Positions 9,546 through 19,826 of a stretch of DNA of 64,000 bases are shown here, piece after piece. Numbering within the stretch: the stretch's first letter is position 1; every line of letters starts with the position of its first letter. This stretch comes from an uncultured Acidobacteriota bacterium (GTDB lineage: Bacteria; Acidobacteriota; Thermoanaerobaculia; Multivoradales; JAHEKO01), in assembly GCA_963713825.1 (NCBI GenBank), contig CAVQNG010000005.1, forward strand, positions 480,001-544,000. The letters run 5' to 3'. Made by a program: the position numbers and the translations under genes. The notes under the pieces were generated by a model. It saw only the letters and a list, made by a program, of their open reading frames with translations, did no database searches and had not been told where the DNA came from.

Positions 9546-10251
9546 GACCTGTGGTTGTGGTGATTCCGATCTCGTTCCCGTCGAGGTTCACGAGGCCATC
9601 CTGTCGGAGAACGAGCGGGGTGCGCGCCACAATCGCGAGCACTTCGTCGAGCAACAGGTGCTGGCGATCAACCTGATGGGCTCGCCTGGATCGGGCAAGA
9701 CCGCCGTTCTGGAAGCGACTGCCAAGGCCATGGAGGGCAGCTGGCGCTTGAGCGCCATGAGCGGCGATCTGGCGACCGACAACGACGCCAACCGCCTCGA
9801 AGCGGCGGGGATCCCCTCCCAATCGATTACGACCGGCTCGGCCTGTCATCTGGACGCCAAAATGGTGCACCAGGGGCTTCACCAGCTGCCCTGGCGGGAG
9901 ACCGATCTCCTCTTCATCGAGAACGTGGGCAATCTGGTGTGTCCAGCGGTTTATGACCTGGGCCAGGCCTTCAATGTCGTGGCGTTGGCGGTGACCGAAG
10001 GCGAGGACAAGCCCCTCAAGTACCCGGTGATGTTCCGGACAGCGGACCTGGTGTTGCTGACCAAGGTGGACCTGTTGCCTCACCTGCCGCAGATCGATGT
10101 AGCGACCATCGAGGACGGCCTGGCTCGCACCATGCCGGAGCCGAATGTCATCCACGTTTCGGCGATCACCGGCGAAGGCATGGACCGCTGGATCGAGTGG
10201 CTCGAGGCAAAACGGACCGCCGCACTCACGGAGGTCGCTGCCAAGGCATGA
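9538..10251 (+). CDS. hypB: Hydrogenase nickel-incorporation GTPase
   Basis: MCETCGC, GSPGSGKT, ACHLDA, ENVGNLVCP, EGEDKPLKYP. Confidence 0.96.
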   Translation: MCETCGCGDSDLVPVEVHEAILSENERGARHNREHFVEQQVLAINLMGSPGSGKTAVLEATAKAMEGSWRLSAMSGDLATDNDANRLEAAGIPSQSITTGSACHLDAKMVHQGLHQLPWRETDLLFIENVGNLVCPAVYDLGQAFNVVALAVTEGEDKPLKYPVMFRTADLVLLTKVDLLPHLPQIDVATIEDGLARTMPEPNVIHVSAITGEGMDRWIEWLEAKRTAALTEVAAKA

Positions 10252-10994
10252 CCGAGCCCCTGATCATCCTGGCCGCCACCGCGGCGTCGATCGGCCTGGT
10301 CCACACCCTGATCGGGCCAGACCACTACGTGCCGTTCATCGCCTTGGCGGGCGCCCGTAATTGGTCTCTATCCAAGACTTTAGGCATCACGGCGGTGTGT
10401 GGCGTCGGCCATGTGCTCGGCTCCGTGGTGCTCGGTGGTCTGGGGATCCTCCTCGGCCTGGCTCTTGGGGGCTTGGAGTGGTTCGAGGGCTTTCGAGGCG
10501 AGATCGCAGGTTGGCTGCTGCTGGGATTCGGACTGGCTTACATGGCCTGGGGACTTCGTCAGGCGTATCGCAACCGGCCTCACACCCACTGGCACGGTCA
10601 TGCGGACGGGTCTCTGCACGAGCACACCCACACCCACCAAGAGGAGCACGCCCACGTTCACGCGGCGGTCCAGGAAGCGCCTCGAGATGAACAGGCGAAG
10701 GCGACAACCGGTAAGCGCATTACACCCTGGGTCCTTTTCCTCATCTTCATCTTCGGCCCGTGCGAGGCCCTGATTCCGGTACTCATGTACCCAGCGGCCG
10801 ATGGCAGTTGGTGGGGTGTTGCCCTGGTCGTGATGGTCTTCGGCGTCACGACGGTCGCCACCATGCTGGTGACGGTCGCTGTCGGCTACCTGGGAATCTC
10901 TCGTCTACCTCTGGGCCGACTCGAACGCTTCTCCCACGCCCTCGCCGGCCTGGCCCTCGTCGTCTGCGGCCTCGCAATCCAACTCGGCTTCTGA
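10248..10994 (+). CDS. His-rich nickel/cobalt transporter (UreH/HoxN-like)
   Basis: HTLIGPDHY, GVGHV, His-rich loop HTHWHGHADGSLHEHTHTH, FGPCEALIP; overlaps hypB stop. Confidence 0.8.
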   Translation: MTEPLIILAATAASIGLVHTLIGPDHYVPFIALAGARNWSLSKTLGITAVCGVGHVLGSVVLGGLGILLGLALGGLEWFEGFRGEIAGWLLLGFGLAYMAWGLRQAYRNRPHTHWHGHADGSLHEHTHTHQEEHAHVHAAVQEAPRDEQAKATTGKRITPWVLFLIFIFGPCEALIPVLMYPAADGSWWGVALVVMVFGVTTVATMLVTVAVGYLGISRLPLGRLERFSHALAGLALVVCGLAIQLGF

Positions 10995-11022
10995 TCACCT
11001 CCAGGTTCTCAGAACTTCCTTT

Positions 11023-11047
11023 GTAGGGGAGGGGCTTGCCCCCTCCC
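11023..11047 (+). repeat. GTAG-type REP hairpin (family 1)
   Basis: GTAGGGGAGGGGCTTGCCCCCTCCC; related copies at 28508, 30156, 30415, 31208, 31235 (inverted), 31294, 57863 (inv), 58196 (inv), 58258 (inv). Confidence 0.8.
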
Positions 11048-11354
11048 GAGTAGAACCCCGTATCCCCTGCGGTCCAGTCCTTTCGGTCTACCTGGGGCAC
11101 TACCCCTTCGGGTAGGCTGTTCCCACCTAGGCGAGTGTGTTCTTTACCACCTCACAATGGTATTTATCAGATGCCTCGACAAAGGCAGAGCCGGTGAAAT
11201 TCCGGGCGCAGGCCACGGGTCTTCTCTTTTTCCCATAACTGCCTCCAGTGGAAGTGTGTCCAGACGTCCCGTCTGGAAGGAAGGAAAACTCGGAAAACTC
11301 GGGGACACTATTCAAGTTACCGAGCCCGCCCCGAAAAAAGGGTGGCACCTTTGG

Positions 11355-12425
11355 TCAGCAGATACGAGGGAGCTGCTCGCCGCTGAGCATGTCGACGACA
11401 CGCATGCCGCCGACGCGGCTGCGGAGGTAGACGCGGCCATGGTGCTCGTCCACGACCTCGCCGATGATGGCCGCTTCCTTGCCGAGTGGGTCGGAGCGCA
11501 TCGCTTCGAGGACGTTGTCCGCCGCTTGCGGGGCCACGATCGCCAGGCATTTTCCTTCGTTGGCGACATAGAGGGGGTCGAAGCCGAGGATCTCGCAGGC
11601 GCCGCGCACTTCTTCCTGCAACGGGATGGAGTGCTCGTCGAGCCGGAAGCCGATCTTGGATTGCTCGGCGATCTCGTTGAGCGCACTGGCCACACCGCCA
11701 CGGGTGGGGTCACGCAGCACATGCACGTCGTCCCCTCCGGCAGCCAGGACCTTCTCGACCAGCGGATAGAGGGTCGCCGAATCGCTCTCCAATTGGGTCT
11801 CGAACTCGAGACCTTCGCGCACCGACATGATGGCGATGCCGTGGACTGCGATCTGTCCGCTCACCAGCACCTTGTCGCCAACCTGCGCCTTGAGTGGAGT
11901 GATATCGACGCCATCGGGGATGATCCCGAGCCCGGTGGTGTTGATGTAGATGCCGTCCCCTTTACCCTTGTCCACCACCTTCGTGTCTCCGGTGACCACT
12001 GACACACCAGCCTCATCGGCTGCCCTCTGCAGCGATTGGACGATGCGCCAGAGATCTTCCATTGGCAGGCCCTCTTCCAGGATGAACCCGGCCGACAGCG
12101 CCATCGGTTTGGCGCCGCACATGGCCAGGTCGTTGACCGTGCCGTGTACCGCCAGCGATCCAATGTCACCGCCAGGAAAGAAGAGCGGGCTGATGACGAA
12201 GGAGTCGGTGGAGAAGGCCAAGCGACTTCCGCCCACGCCCAGAATGGCCCCATCGTGGAGCATGTCGAGCTCCGGATTGGCGAAGGCCTTGGCGAACATT
12301 CCTTCGATGAGAATCTGGGAGAGGCGCCCCCCGCCGCCGTGCGCGAGCTGCACAGATGGGTAGTCGCTCAGAGGGATCGGGCACACCGCACCCGCGAACG
12401 TAATTTCGGAGCTGTCGTCGCTCAT
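11355..12425 (-). CDS. hypE: Hydrogenase maturation carbamoyl dehydratase
   Basis: LAHGGGG, FSTDSF, GDTKVV, RDPTRGG, C-terminal LPRIC. Confidence 0.97.
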   Translation of the reverse strand: MSDDSSEITFAGAVCPIPLSDYPSVQLAHGGGGRLSQILIEGMFAKAFANPELDMLHDGAILGVGGSRLAFSTDSFVISPLFFPGGDIGSLAVHGTVNDLAMCGAKPMALSAGFILEEGLPMEDLWRIVQSLQRAADEAGVSVVTGDTKVVDKGKGDGIYINTTGLGIIPDGVDITPLKAQVGDKVLVSGQIAVHGIAIMSVREGLEFETQLESDSATLYPLVEKVLAAGGDDVHVLRDPTRGGVASALNEIAEQSKIGFRLDEHSIPLQEEVRGACEILGFDPLYVANEGKCLAIVAPQAADNVLEAMRSDPLGKEAAIIGEVVDEHHGRVYLRSRVGGMRVVDMLSGEQLPRIC

Positions 12426-13511
12426 TGTCCCCGTCCATACTGGTAGTAGGCGGCGCAGGCCCCTTCAGCGGAGACCATCGGGGCGCCCAGAGGGTGCTCA
12501 GGCGTGCACTTCGTACCGAAGGCCGTGCACTCGATGGGGTTTCTGCAGTCCCTTCAGGATCTCACCGGCGATGCACTCCGGCGCCTCCTGGGTCACGATG
12601 TCTCCCACGTCGTAGCGCTGCTCGGCGTCGAAGGTGACCAGCTCTTCTTTCAGCCGATAGCCGCTCATGGGGATCTCACCGATACCCCGCCATTTGCGGT
12701 CGCAGACGTCGAAGACCTGTCCCAGGAGCTTCTGGGCCGGCTTGTTACCGTCCCGCGTCACCGCCCTCGTGTACTGATTCTCGACGCCGTAACGGCCTTC
12801 CTCGAGAGCCTTCAACGTCATGTAGATGCCGTGCAACAGATCGAGTGGCTCGAAGCCGGTCACGATGAGGGGGATCTTGTACTTCTCGCCAATGGGCTCG
12901 TACTCCCAGTAACCCATCACCGCGCAAACATGGCCAGCCGCGAGGAACCCCTGCACTTGGTTGTCGGGAGCGCTCAAGAGAGCCTCCATGGCTGGGGGCA
13001 CCAGGACGTGCGAGCAGAGGATGGAGAAATTCTCGATGCCGAGTTGGTGTGCCTGCCAGACGGCCATCGCGTTGGGTGGGGCAGTGGTCTCGAAACCGAC
13101 GGCGAAGAACACCACCTCCTTATCCGGATTCTGCTGGGCCAGCTTCACCGCGTCCAGAGGTGAGTAGACCATCCGTACGTCGGCCCCCTCGCTCTTGACG
13201 GCCAGCAGATCCGAGGTCGAGCCGGGCACCCTGAGCATGTCGCCGAAGGAGGTGAAGATCACATTCGGTCGGCGCGCGATCACCAGCGCCTTGTCGATGA
13301 GCTCGAGAGGTGTCACGCAGACCGGACATCCGGGGCCGTGCACGAGAGTCACCGACTCGGGCAGCAACCGATCGACGCCCGACTTGATGAGCGTGTGTGT
13401 CTGGCCGCCACAGATCTCCATCAGGGTCCAGTCGCGAGTGACCAGTTCCTCGATTCCCTCGACGAACTTGCGAGCGTCCTCCTCGCTGCGGTACTCGTCG
13501 ATGAACTTCAT
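12422..13511 (-). CDS. hypD: Hydrogenase maturation protein HypD with a +1 frameshift near the 3' end (~12533-12540)
   Basis: [27 protein letters not shown]; the conserved tail [30 protein letters not shown] is in the next frame and ends in a TGA overlapping the hypE ATG. Confidence 0.9.
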
Positions 13512-13802
13512 CTAGTTGGCCTCGCCGGGTCCGGTCGGCTGGACCTCACTCGGCTGCGGCACGTCGAGCTCTTCGAGCTCGCCCATCTCCTTGAGGAACT
13601 CGAAGACCTTGTGGGCTTCCGCTTCGTCGATCGTACTGATCGCGAAGCCGACGTGCACGACGACGTAGTCGCCGACCTCGACCTCCGGCGTGTAGGCGAG
13701 ACAGACCTCTTTGACGATGCCGCCGAAGCTCACCCGCGCCATATTCATGCCGGTTGGATCTTCCCGGATTTCGAGGATCTGGCCTGGAACACCTAAACAC
13801 AT
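13512..13802 (-). CDS. hypC: Hydrogenase assembly chaperone HypC/HybG
   Basis: MCLGVPG, VGDYVVVHVGFAI. Confidence 0.96.
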   Translation of the reverse strand: MCLGVPGQILEIREDPTGMNMARVSFGGIVKEVCLAYTPEVEVGDYVVVHVGFAISTIDEAEAHKVFEFLKEMGELEELDVPQPSEVQPTGPGEAN

Positions 13803-13814
13803 CTTGCACCCCCT

Positions 13815-16229
13815 CTAGTCAGTCAACGGACTCGATCCCTCTGCCATTCGCGCCGCGGCGACCGCGATCTGTCCCAAGCTGATGCCACCATCATTGGGTG
13901 GCACCTGCCGGTGCAACAAGACGTCGAAGCCGGCCTCGCGCAGCCGCTGACTGGCTCGCTCGGTCAGGAGCCGGTTCTGGAAGCAGCCTCCCGTCAAGGC
14001 TACTTTCGGCTCCCCGACCGCTTTGGCGACCGCCAGTATGGCCTCCACCAGAGCGTTGTGGAACCTGGCGGCAATGATACCGACATCCACCCCGCGTCGC
14101 GAGTCCTCGATCATGGCCTCGACAAGCGGCTGCCAGTCGATCTCCAGGATCTCTTCCCGATCCTCGGGCGCCGCCTGGAAGAGCTCGCGATCAGCCGAAG
14201 GTGTGGCGACGACGACAGGGTAGGCGGCGAGCACATCTTTGTCGGCGATCCACTCCACGGCCATAGCAGCCTGGCCTTCGAAGGCGACCCTCTGCTGAAT
14301 CCCCAGAATGGAGGCCACCGCGTCGAAGAGGCGGCCGGCGCTGGTCGTGCGCGGGGTGTTGAGCCCTGTCTCGAGCATGTGTCCCAGCAAGCGGAGCTCC
14401 GCCTCGTCGAAGGCCTGCACCGGTGTCAGGTCATCGCGATCCAAAGCCTCGTCACCGAGCATCTCCCATAGAAGTGCCAGCCCGCATCGCCGGGGCTGTT
14501 TGACGGCCGCATCGCCTCCCGGTAAATGGAAGGGCCGGAGTCGGCAGACGCGAGAGAACGAGGCCATGTCCCCGAGCAGGAACTCGCCTCCCCATACCGT
14601 GCCATCGGTGCCATATCCGGTGCCGTCCCAGGTGACCCCCAACGCCCTGGTCTCGACCTCGTTCTCCATCAGGCAGCCAGCCAGATGGGCATGGTGGTGC
14701 TGCACGGCGAACGTCGGCTTGCCGACGAGCAGGTTCTTCCAGGATGATCCCTCGCCGATTTGTGACGTCGATGTATCTGCATCGCTACCGTCGACGATCT
14801 GCTGCACCCATCGGGTCGAGGGGTAGTCAGGATGCAGGTCGTTGACGATCGCTACGGGCTCGGCCTCGTACATGTCGAGAAAGTCCCGGGCCACCGCCTC
14901 GAAGGCTTCGAAGGCCTGGGGTGTTTCCATGTCGCCGATGTGCTGGCTCAAGAAGACCTTGTCACCGACGGAGAGCGCGACCGTGTTCTTCAGGTGGGCT
15001 CCCACCGCAAGCAGAGTCGGGAGCGGCTTGGCGGCGACGATCGGCATGGGGGCCATACCTCGCGCGCGGCGGATCGGTTGAGCCTTGCCAGCGACAACCG
15101 AGACCACGCTGTCATCGACATGGCGCTGGATCGGTCGGTCGTGGACCAGGAGCAGGTCCGCGATCCCGCCGAGGCGGTCCAAAGCCTCTCCGTTGTCGAT
15201 GCAGATCGGCTCGTCGCTCAAGTTGCCGCTGGTCGCGACGACTGGGAAGCTGAGCTCCCCGAGCAGCAGGTGATGCAGCGGGGTATAGGGAAGCATCAGG
15301 CCGAGCCACGGATTGTCCGGTGCCACCGCCGCGGCGATCCCGGCAAACGGCTGACGCTGCAGTAAGACGATGGGGCTCTCCGGGGATTCCAACAGGGTTT
15401 CTTCGGCGGGATCCACGAGGCAGATCCGTCGCGCTTCCTCGATGTCCCGCACCATGAGTGCCAGGGGTTTTTCATAGCGCGCTTTGCGTTGTCGCAGGCG
15501 GGTGACCGCGGCGGCGCTGCGACCATCGACCATCAGATGGAAGCCGCCCAGGCCCTTGACCGCCAGAATCTCTCCGCGGCGGAGGGCTTCAGCCGCCTGT
15601 TGCAAAGCGAAGTCGCCGGTCGCTTGGGTGTTCCCTCTGGTGTCCCACAGGGCGAGTTGGGGGCCACAAGCCGGACAGGCATTGGGCTGGGCGTGAAACC
15701 TCCGGTCCATGGGCTCGGTGTATTCGCCACCGCACTCCGGGCACATTTGGAAACCGCGCATCGTCGTATTCGGGCGGTCGTAGGGCAACGCCTCGATGAT
15801 GGTGAAGCGTGGGCCGCAGTTCGTGCAATTCGTAAATGGGTAACGGAAACGCCTGTCGCCTTTGTCCAGCACCTCGGCGAGGCAGTCGGGGCAGGTGGCG
15901 ATGTCCGGCAGCATGACTACCGACTTGGTGCCCTCCTCCTCGCTGTGCCGAATTTCGAAGGTCTCGAACCCCTCCGGCGCCAACCAGTTCATCTCCAGGC
16001 TATGAATGACGGCGCGAGGAGGCTTCTCGACCGGCAGGCGACGCAGGAAGGTGTCCAGAATCTCCTTCGGTCCCTCGACTTCGATGAAGACCCCGCGACT
16101 GTCGTTGAGGACCCACCCCGGCAGCTCCATCTCGTGGGCCAGGCGGTAGACGTAGGGCCGAAACCCGACGCCCTGTACGGCGCCACGGATCTCGATTCCC
16201 AGCCTCCTGGTGTCCTGGTCGGACGTCAT
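13815..16229 (-). CDS. hypF: Carbamoyltransferase HypF
   Basis: Acylphosphatase GAVQGVGFRP, zinc fingers CPDC/CTNCGPR/CPEC/CPACGP, QHHHAH, DGTGYG, PPNDGGISLGQ. Confidence 0.97.
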   Translation of the reverse strand: MTSDQDTRRLGIEIRGAVQGVGFRPYVYRLAHEMELPGWVLNDSRGVFIEVEGPKEILDTFLRRLPVEKPPRAVIHSLEMNWLAPEGFETFEIRHSEEEGTKSVVMLPDIATCPDCLAEVLDKGDRRFRYPFTNCTNCGPRFTIIEALPYDRPNTTMRGFQMCPECGGEYTEPMDRRFHAQPNACPACGPQLALWDTRGNTQATGDFALQQAAEALRRGEILAVKGLGGFHLMVDGRSAAAVTRLRQRKARYEKPLALMVRDIEEARRICLVDPAEETLLESPESPIVLLQRQPFAGIAAAVAPDNPWLGLMLPYTPLHHLLLGELSFPVVATSGNLSDEPICIDNGEALDRLGGIADLLLVHDRPIQRHVDDSVVSVVAGKAQPIRRARGMAPMPIVAAKPLPTLLAVGAHLKNTVALSVGDKVFLSQHIGDMETPQAFEAFEAVARDFLDMYEAEPVAIVNDLHPDYPSTRWVQQIVDGSDADTSTSQIGEGSSWKNLLVGKPTFAVQHHHAHLAGCLMENEVETRALGVTWDGTGYGTDGTVWGGEFLLGDMASFSRVCRLRPFHLPGGDAAVKQPRRCGLALLWEMLGDEALDRDDLTPVQAFDEAELRLLGHMLETGLNTPRTTSAGRLFDAVASILGIQQRVAFEGQAAMAVEWIADKDVLAAYPVVVATPSADRELFQAAPEDREEILEIDWQPLVEAMIEDSRRGVDVGIIAARFHNALVEAILAVAKAVGEPKVALTGGCFQNRLLTERASQRLREAGFDVLLHRQVPPNDGGISLGQIAVAAARMAEGSSPLTD

Positions 16230-16358
16230 CAGTTCCTTTCGAGCTTGCGCGAAGGCGTATTCTAGCGACTCGTGCGATTGTTTATACTGGGCCCGGCATT
16301 GATCTGCTGTTCCGCGCCGGCAGGGATACCTCGAGGTGGGCCTTCAGGAGGGAAGGGT

Positions 16359-16856
16359 ATGAGCGACGACGCCCGTGTGAGCGGCACATCCCCAATCGAC
16401 AACCAGTCCGACCGCAGTCTGGAACAGGAGCGGTTCCCAAGACGGACCCTATTCAAGGTCCTCGGTGGTGCTGCCGGAGTCGCGGCCGTGACCCAATTGA
16501 CTGGACTGTCGGGCTGTGGCCCCAAGGTTCCCGAGCCGCCTCCTGTGGCGGAAGTCCCCCTGAGCTCGCTTCCCGAGGGTGAAAAGGTGCGAGCGATGAT
16601 GGGAGTCACTCCCATCGAGGTCACCCGCACCGGAGACGAAGTCACCGCCCACTCACTGTGGTGCACCCATCTGGGGTGTGAAGTGAAGTGGGACGGCGAG
16701 CAGAAGAAGTACTTCTGCCCCTGCCATGAGGGCGTCTACAACGCCAAGGGAATCCCCATCAGCGGCCCGCCACCCCGCCGCCTCGACAAGCTGCAAGTGA
16801 CCGTTGCGGATGGCATCGCAAGCATCACTACCATCGAAGCGGTAACCGAAATCTGA
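16359..16856 (+). CDS. Tat-exported Rieske [2Fe-2S] protein, probable lipoprotein
   Basis: PRRTLFK Tat motif, LSGC lipobox, CTHLGC and CPCH boxes, GPPPRRL. Confidence 0.9.
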   Translation: MSDDARVSGTSPIDNQSDRSLEQERFPRRTLFKVLGGAAGVAAVTQLTGLSGCGPKVPEPPPVAEVPLSSLPEGEKVRAMMGVTPIEVTRTGDEVTAHSLWCTHLGCEVKWDGEQKKYFCPCHEGVYNAKGIPISGPPPRRLDKLQVTVADGIASITTIEAVTEI

Positions 16857-16939
16857 ATCGGCAGCTCGACCGCGGTCGCGTGGAGGTCCGTCCGGGTGGT
16901 CCGCAGGCGCTGGTCCCTAGGACATCTGGTCATTGTGGA

Positions 16940-17267
16940 GGGGTCCGACGTGGGGCCCCCAGGGGGCTATCCTCCCTTCCGCTGCAAGAACCCCCATGGA
17001 GGTCCCCACGCCGGACCCTGGGCGCGGCCTTGCACTTCTGTACCTTCGAGCTTTCTGTCCCCTACGCTCCTAGGCCCCTGCGCCTTCAATGCCTCAATGC
17101 CACCATTGGTGCCAGAGGTTCGTTCGGGTGGTCAGAAAGGGGGTGCCACGTCGAGCGCAGCGCAAGGGCCTTCGCAGAGCAGATGAGATGAGGCGCGATG
17201 ACGTGACAAGGTGGCGGCCCGCCCGTTGCAGTCCGAGTAGCCGACGCCGTCCCCCTAAGGGCCACCC
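16940..17267 (+). repeat. Left copy of a ~330-bp two-block inverted repeat
   Basis: 16940-17020 is the exact reverse complement of 19682-19762; 17108-17267 is a near reverse complement of 19463-19622. Confidence 0.9.
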
Positions 17268-17402
17268 GGATGGACCTCGATGAGACAGCAACAACCTGCA
17301 AAGGCCCCCGGGGTGCAATTCGGGTCGGGGTTCCGGTGTTACAGTAGGTAGAGGCAGACTTAGAGTTTTCAGGCACTGCGTTGATCCCGTTGGGGGGAGC
17401 AC

Positions 17403-18986
17403 ATGGCGCTGCCTCAGATTGTGGTTACCGGCTCTTCCGGATTTCTCGGCCGGCACTTGCTGGACGAGTTGAAGGAGGAGTATCGGATCTTCGGGATCGC
17501 CCGCCGCTCGCCAGCCAAGGTGGGCGCACCCATCCACCGCAACATCACCTGGTATCAAGCCGACATCGGTGACCAGCTGGAGCTGGCCACGGCCTTCCGC
17601 AAGATCCGCGAAGAGGGTGGCGCTGAGATGGTGATCCATCTGGCAGCGCACTACGACTTCATTCGCGACAAGCATCCCAACTACTGGCGAACCAACGTCG
17701 AAGGGCTGCGCAACGTCCTCGAGGAGTGCCTCGATCTCCGCTTGCGGCGCTTCGTCTTCGCGAGCTCGGCAGCCGCCTGTGGTTTCCCGCCATCCTACGA
17801 ACCGGCGCGGGTGCTGACCGAAGACACACCGGCCGACGGCAGGCACATCTATGCCATAACCAAACGACTGGGCGAAGAGATGGTGGAGGAGTACAGCGAC
17901 GACATCCCCACCGCCACGATTCGGTTTGCAGCGCTGTTCTCCGACTGGTGTGAGTACCCGCCTCTGTTCATCTTCTTGCAGACCTGGCTCTCGAAGAGTT
18001 GGCGCCGCCGGATGTTGGGCGGCAAGGGAGAGTTCGCGATCCCGTACCTCCACGTCCGTGAAGCCGTGCGGGTGGTGAGGAGAGTCATGCGGCAGGCCGA
18101 CGACTTATCGAGCGGCGACGTATTCCTGGCCTGCCCGGATGGGGGAGTGACTGCACGGTACCTCTTCGAGGAAGCGACGATGCTCTACTTCGGTTCGGGT
18201 GAAGAGCCGATCTGGGTGCCGCGGTGGTTTTGTCGCCTGGGGATGAAGACGCGGGAGAGGATCCTGACCCTGCTGGGACACACTCCCTTCGAGCGCGCCT
18301 GGATGGCGGACTACATCGATCGGCAGCTGTTGGTCGATGCCCGCCAGACCCGCCAGATCCTGGACTGGGAGCCTCGTCCCCGCTTGAACATCTCGCGGCG
18401 ACTTCCCTTCATGATCGAGAACTTCAAGACCGATCCTGTGGAGTGGTACCAGAAGAATCACGCAGCAATGCGCATAGAGCCGCCGCTGGACAATTTGCGC
18501 GTCCATCGGATGTTGGAGAAATACGAATCGAGAATCCTCGAAGGCATGTCCACACTGATGACGAATCGCGACGGCAGAGAGCGGTTCCCCTCCTACCAGA
18601 CGCTCTCTGCCGATGAGCAACTGTGGAATCACCGTGTCGCTTTGCGTCACGTCATGGATTCGGTCCGCACGAGGGACAAGTCGATCTACGCCTCCTTCTG
18701 TCGAGACTTGGCCGAGCTTCGGTCTGGGCAGGGTTTCGAGGCCGAGGAGGTCTGCGAGGCCCTTCGCACTCTGCGGGATGTCTGCATGCGGGTCCTGTTT
18801 CAGGACCCCGAAGCCGAGGGCCTGGCTCAAGAGATCGAAGACCACATCACCATGACCATGCTGTTCGGCTGCGATCAGATCGAGGACACCTTCGAGCAAC
18901 TGGTGGATGTCGACATTTCATGGGAAGAGAAACGGGATAAAGTAGCCTCCGAGATGGAGGAGCCCGCCGTTGCCAACGAACCCTGA
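17403..18986 (+). CDS. Extended SDR (NAD-dependent epimerase/dehydratase) with C-terminal helical globin-like (RsbRD_N-like) domain, paralogue 1
   Basis: TGSSGFLG, HLAAHYDF, FASS, YAITK (YxxxK); C-terminal helical domain RDLAELRSGQGFEAEEVCEAL. Confidence 0.8.
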   Translation: MALPQIVVTGSSGFLGRHLLDELKEEYRIFGIARRSPAKVGAPIHRNITWYQADIGDQLELATAFRKIREEGGAEMVIHLAAHYDFIRDKHPNYWRTNVEGLRNVLEECLDLRLRRFVFASSAAACGFPPSYEPARVLTEDTPADGRHIYAITKRLGEEMVEEYSDDIPTATIRFAALFSDWCEYPPLFIFLQTWLSKSWRRRMLGGKGEFAIPYLHVREAVRVVRRVMRQADDLSSGDVFLACPDGGVTARYLFEEATMLYFGSGEEPIWVPRWFCRLGMKTRERILTLLGHTPFERAWMADYIDRQLLVDARQTRQILDWEPRPRLNISRRLPFMIENFKTDPVEWYQKNHAAMRIEPPLDNLRVHRMLEKYESRILEGMSTLMTNRDGRERFPSYQTLSADEQLWNHRVALRHVMDSVRTRDKSIYASFCRDLAELRSGQGFEAEEVCEALRTLRDVCMRVLFQDPEAEGLAQEIEDHITMTMLFGCDQIEDTFEQLVDVDISWEEKRDKVASEMEEPAVANEP

Positions 18987-19380
18987 CACACCCCTGACAT
19001 CCGATTCCTTCTGGCCACGTGCCGAGAAGTGGCTAGTCGTCCTGATCGCCATCCACAGTTTCGTCGTCGCCCTCTTCTTGATGTTCCTGACCCGTTGGGG
19101 TGCCGCTTTCGGTGGTTGGGGAGATGTTTCACCCCTGTTCTTCGCACGTCAGGCCGGGGTCTTTCACATTGTCGTGGGGATCGGGTACCTGCTCGAGTAC
19201 TTCAGGGACCGGGGTGTCACATTCTTGCTGACCACCAAGGTTCTGGCGGTGTTGTTCCTGGCGTCGATGATGGTGGTGGCCGAGCCCGCTCCCTGGGCCG
19301 TTCCGCTGTCGGGCGTCGCGGACGCCTTCATGGCGCTGGTGGTTTACCTCGTACACCGCAAGGCAAAACAAGTCAGTTGA
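18970..19380 (+). CDS. Small membrane protein of unknown function (~4 TM)
   Basis: Hydrophobic segments; overlaps the SDR stop; His residues within helices (IAIHS, GVFHI). Confidence 0.7.
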   Translation: MPTNPDTPLTSDSFWPRAEKWLVVLIAIHSFVVALFLMFLTRWGAAFGGWGDVSPLFFARQAGVFHIVVGIGYLLEYFRDRGVTFLLTTKVLAVLFLASMMVVAEPAPWAVPLSGVADAFMALVVYLVHRKAKQVS

Positions 19381-19462
19381 TCCCGTACGGGTTCAACCTC
19401 CGGCTTGGGGGTTGAGGCGGCCGGACTTCGTCCCGGCTCGATCTTTTGGGGCGTGGGGCGAT

Positions 19463-19762
19463 GGGTGGGCCGCCTGGGGGACAGCGTCGGCTACTCAGAC
19501 TGCAACGGGTGGCCGCCACCTTGTCACGTCATCGCGCCGGATCTCTCATGCTCTGCGATGGCCCGTGCGCTGCGCTCGACGTGGCACCCCCTGACGAACC
19601 ACCCGAACGAACCTCTGGCACCTTTGAGGTCAGTAGGGCGCTGAGGCAGTGGGGCAGTGAGGGCTTGAGAGCACACCGGTTCAGGGTCCGGCGTGGGGAC
19701 CTCCATGGGGGTTCTTGCAGCGGAAGGGAGGATAGCCCCCTGGGGGCCCCACGTCGGACCCC
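19463..19762 (-). repeat. Right (inverted) copy of the two-block repeat
   Basis: Reverse complement of 16940-17267 with a different spacer between the blocks. Confidence 0.9.
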
Positions 19763-19826
19763 CGCACGATCAGTCCCGCAGCCCAGGACCCAAGTCCCAA
19801 GACCCAGGATAGATCGGCGACTGGGG

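Noticed and set aside
11050-11350. Small gene or transposase remnant between the Ni transporter and hypE
   Set aside because: The short ORFs have no recognisable motif; only repeat motifs (REP, TACCC palindrome, GGTGGCACC) could be supported
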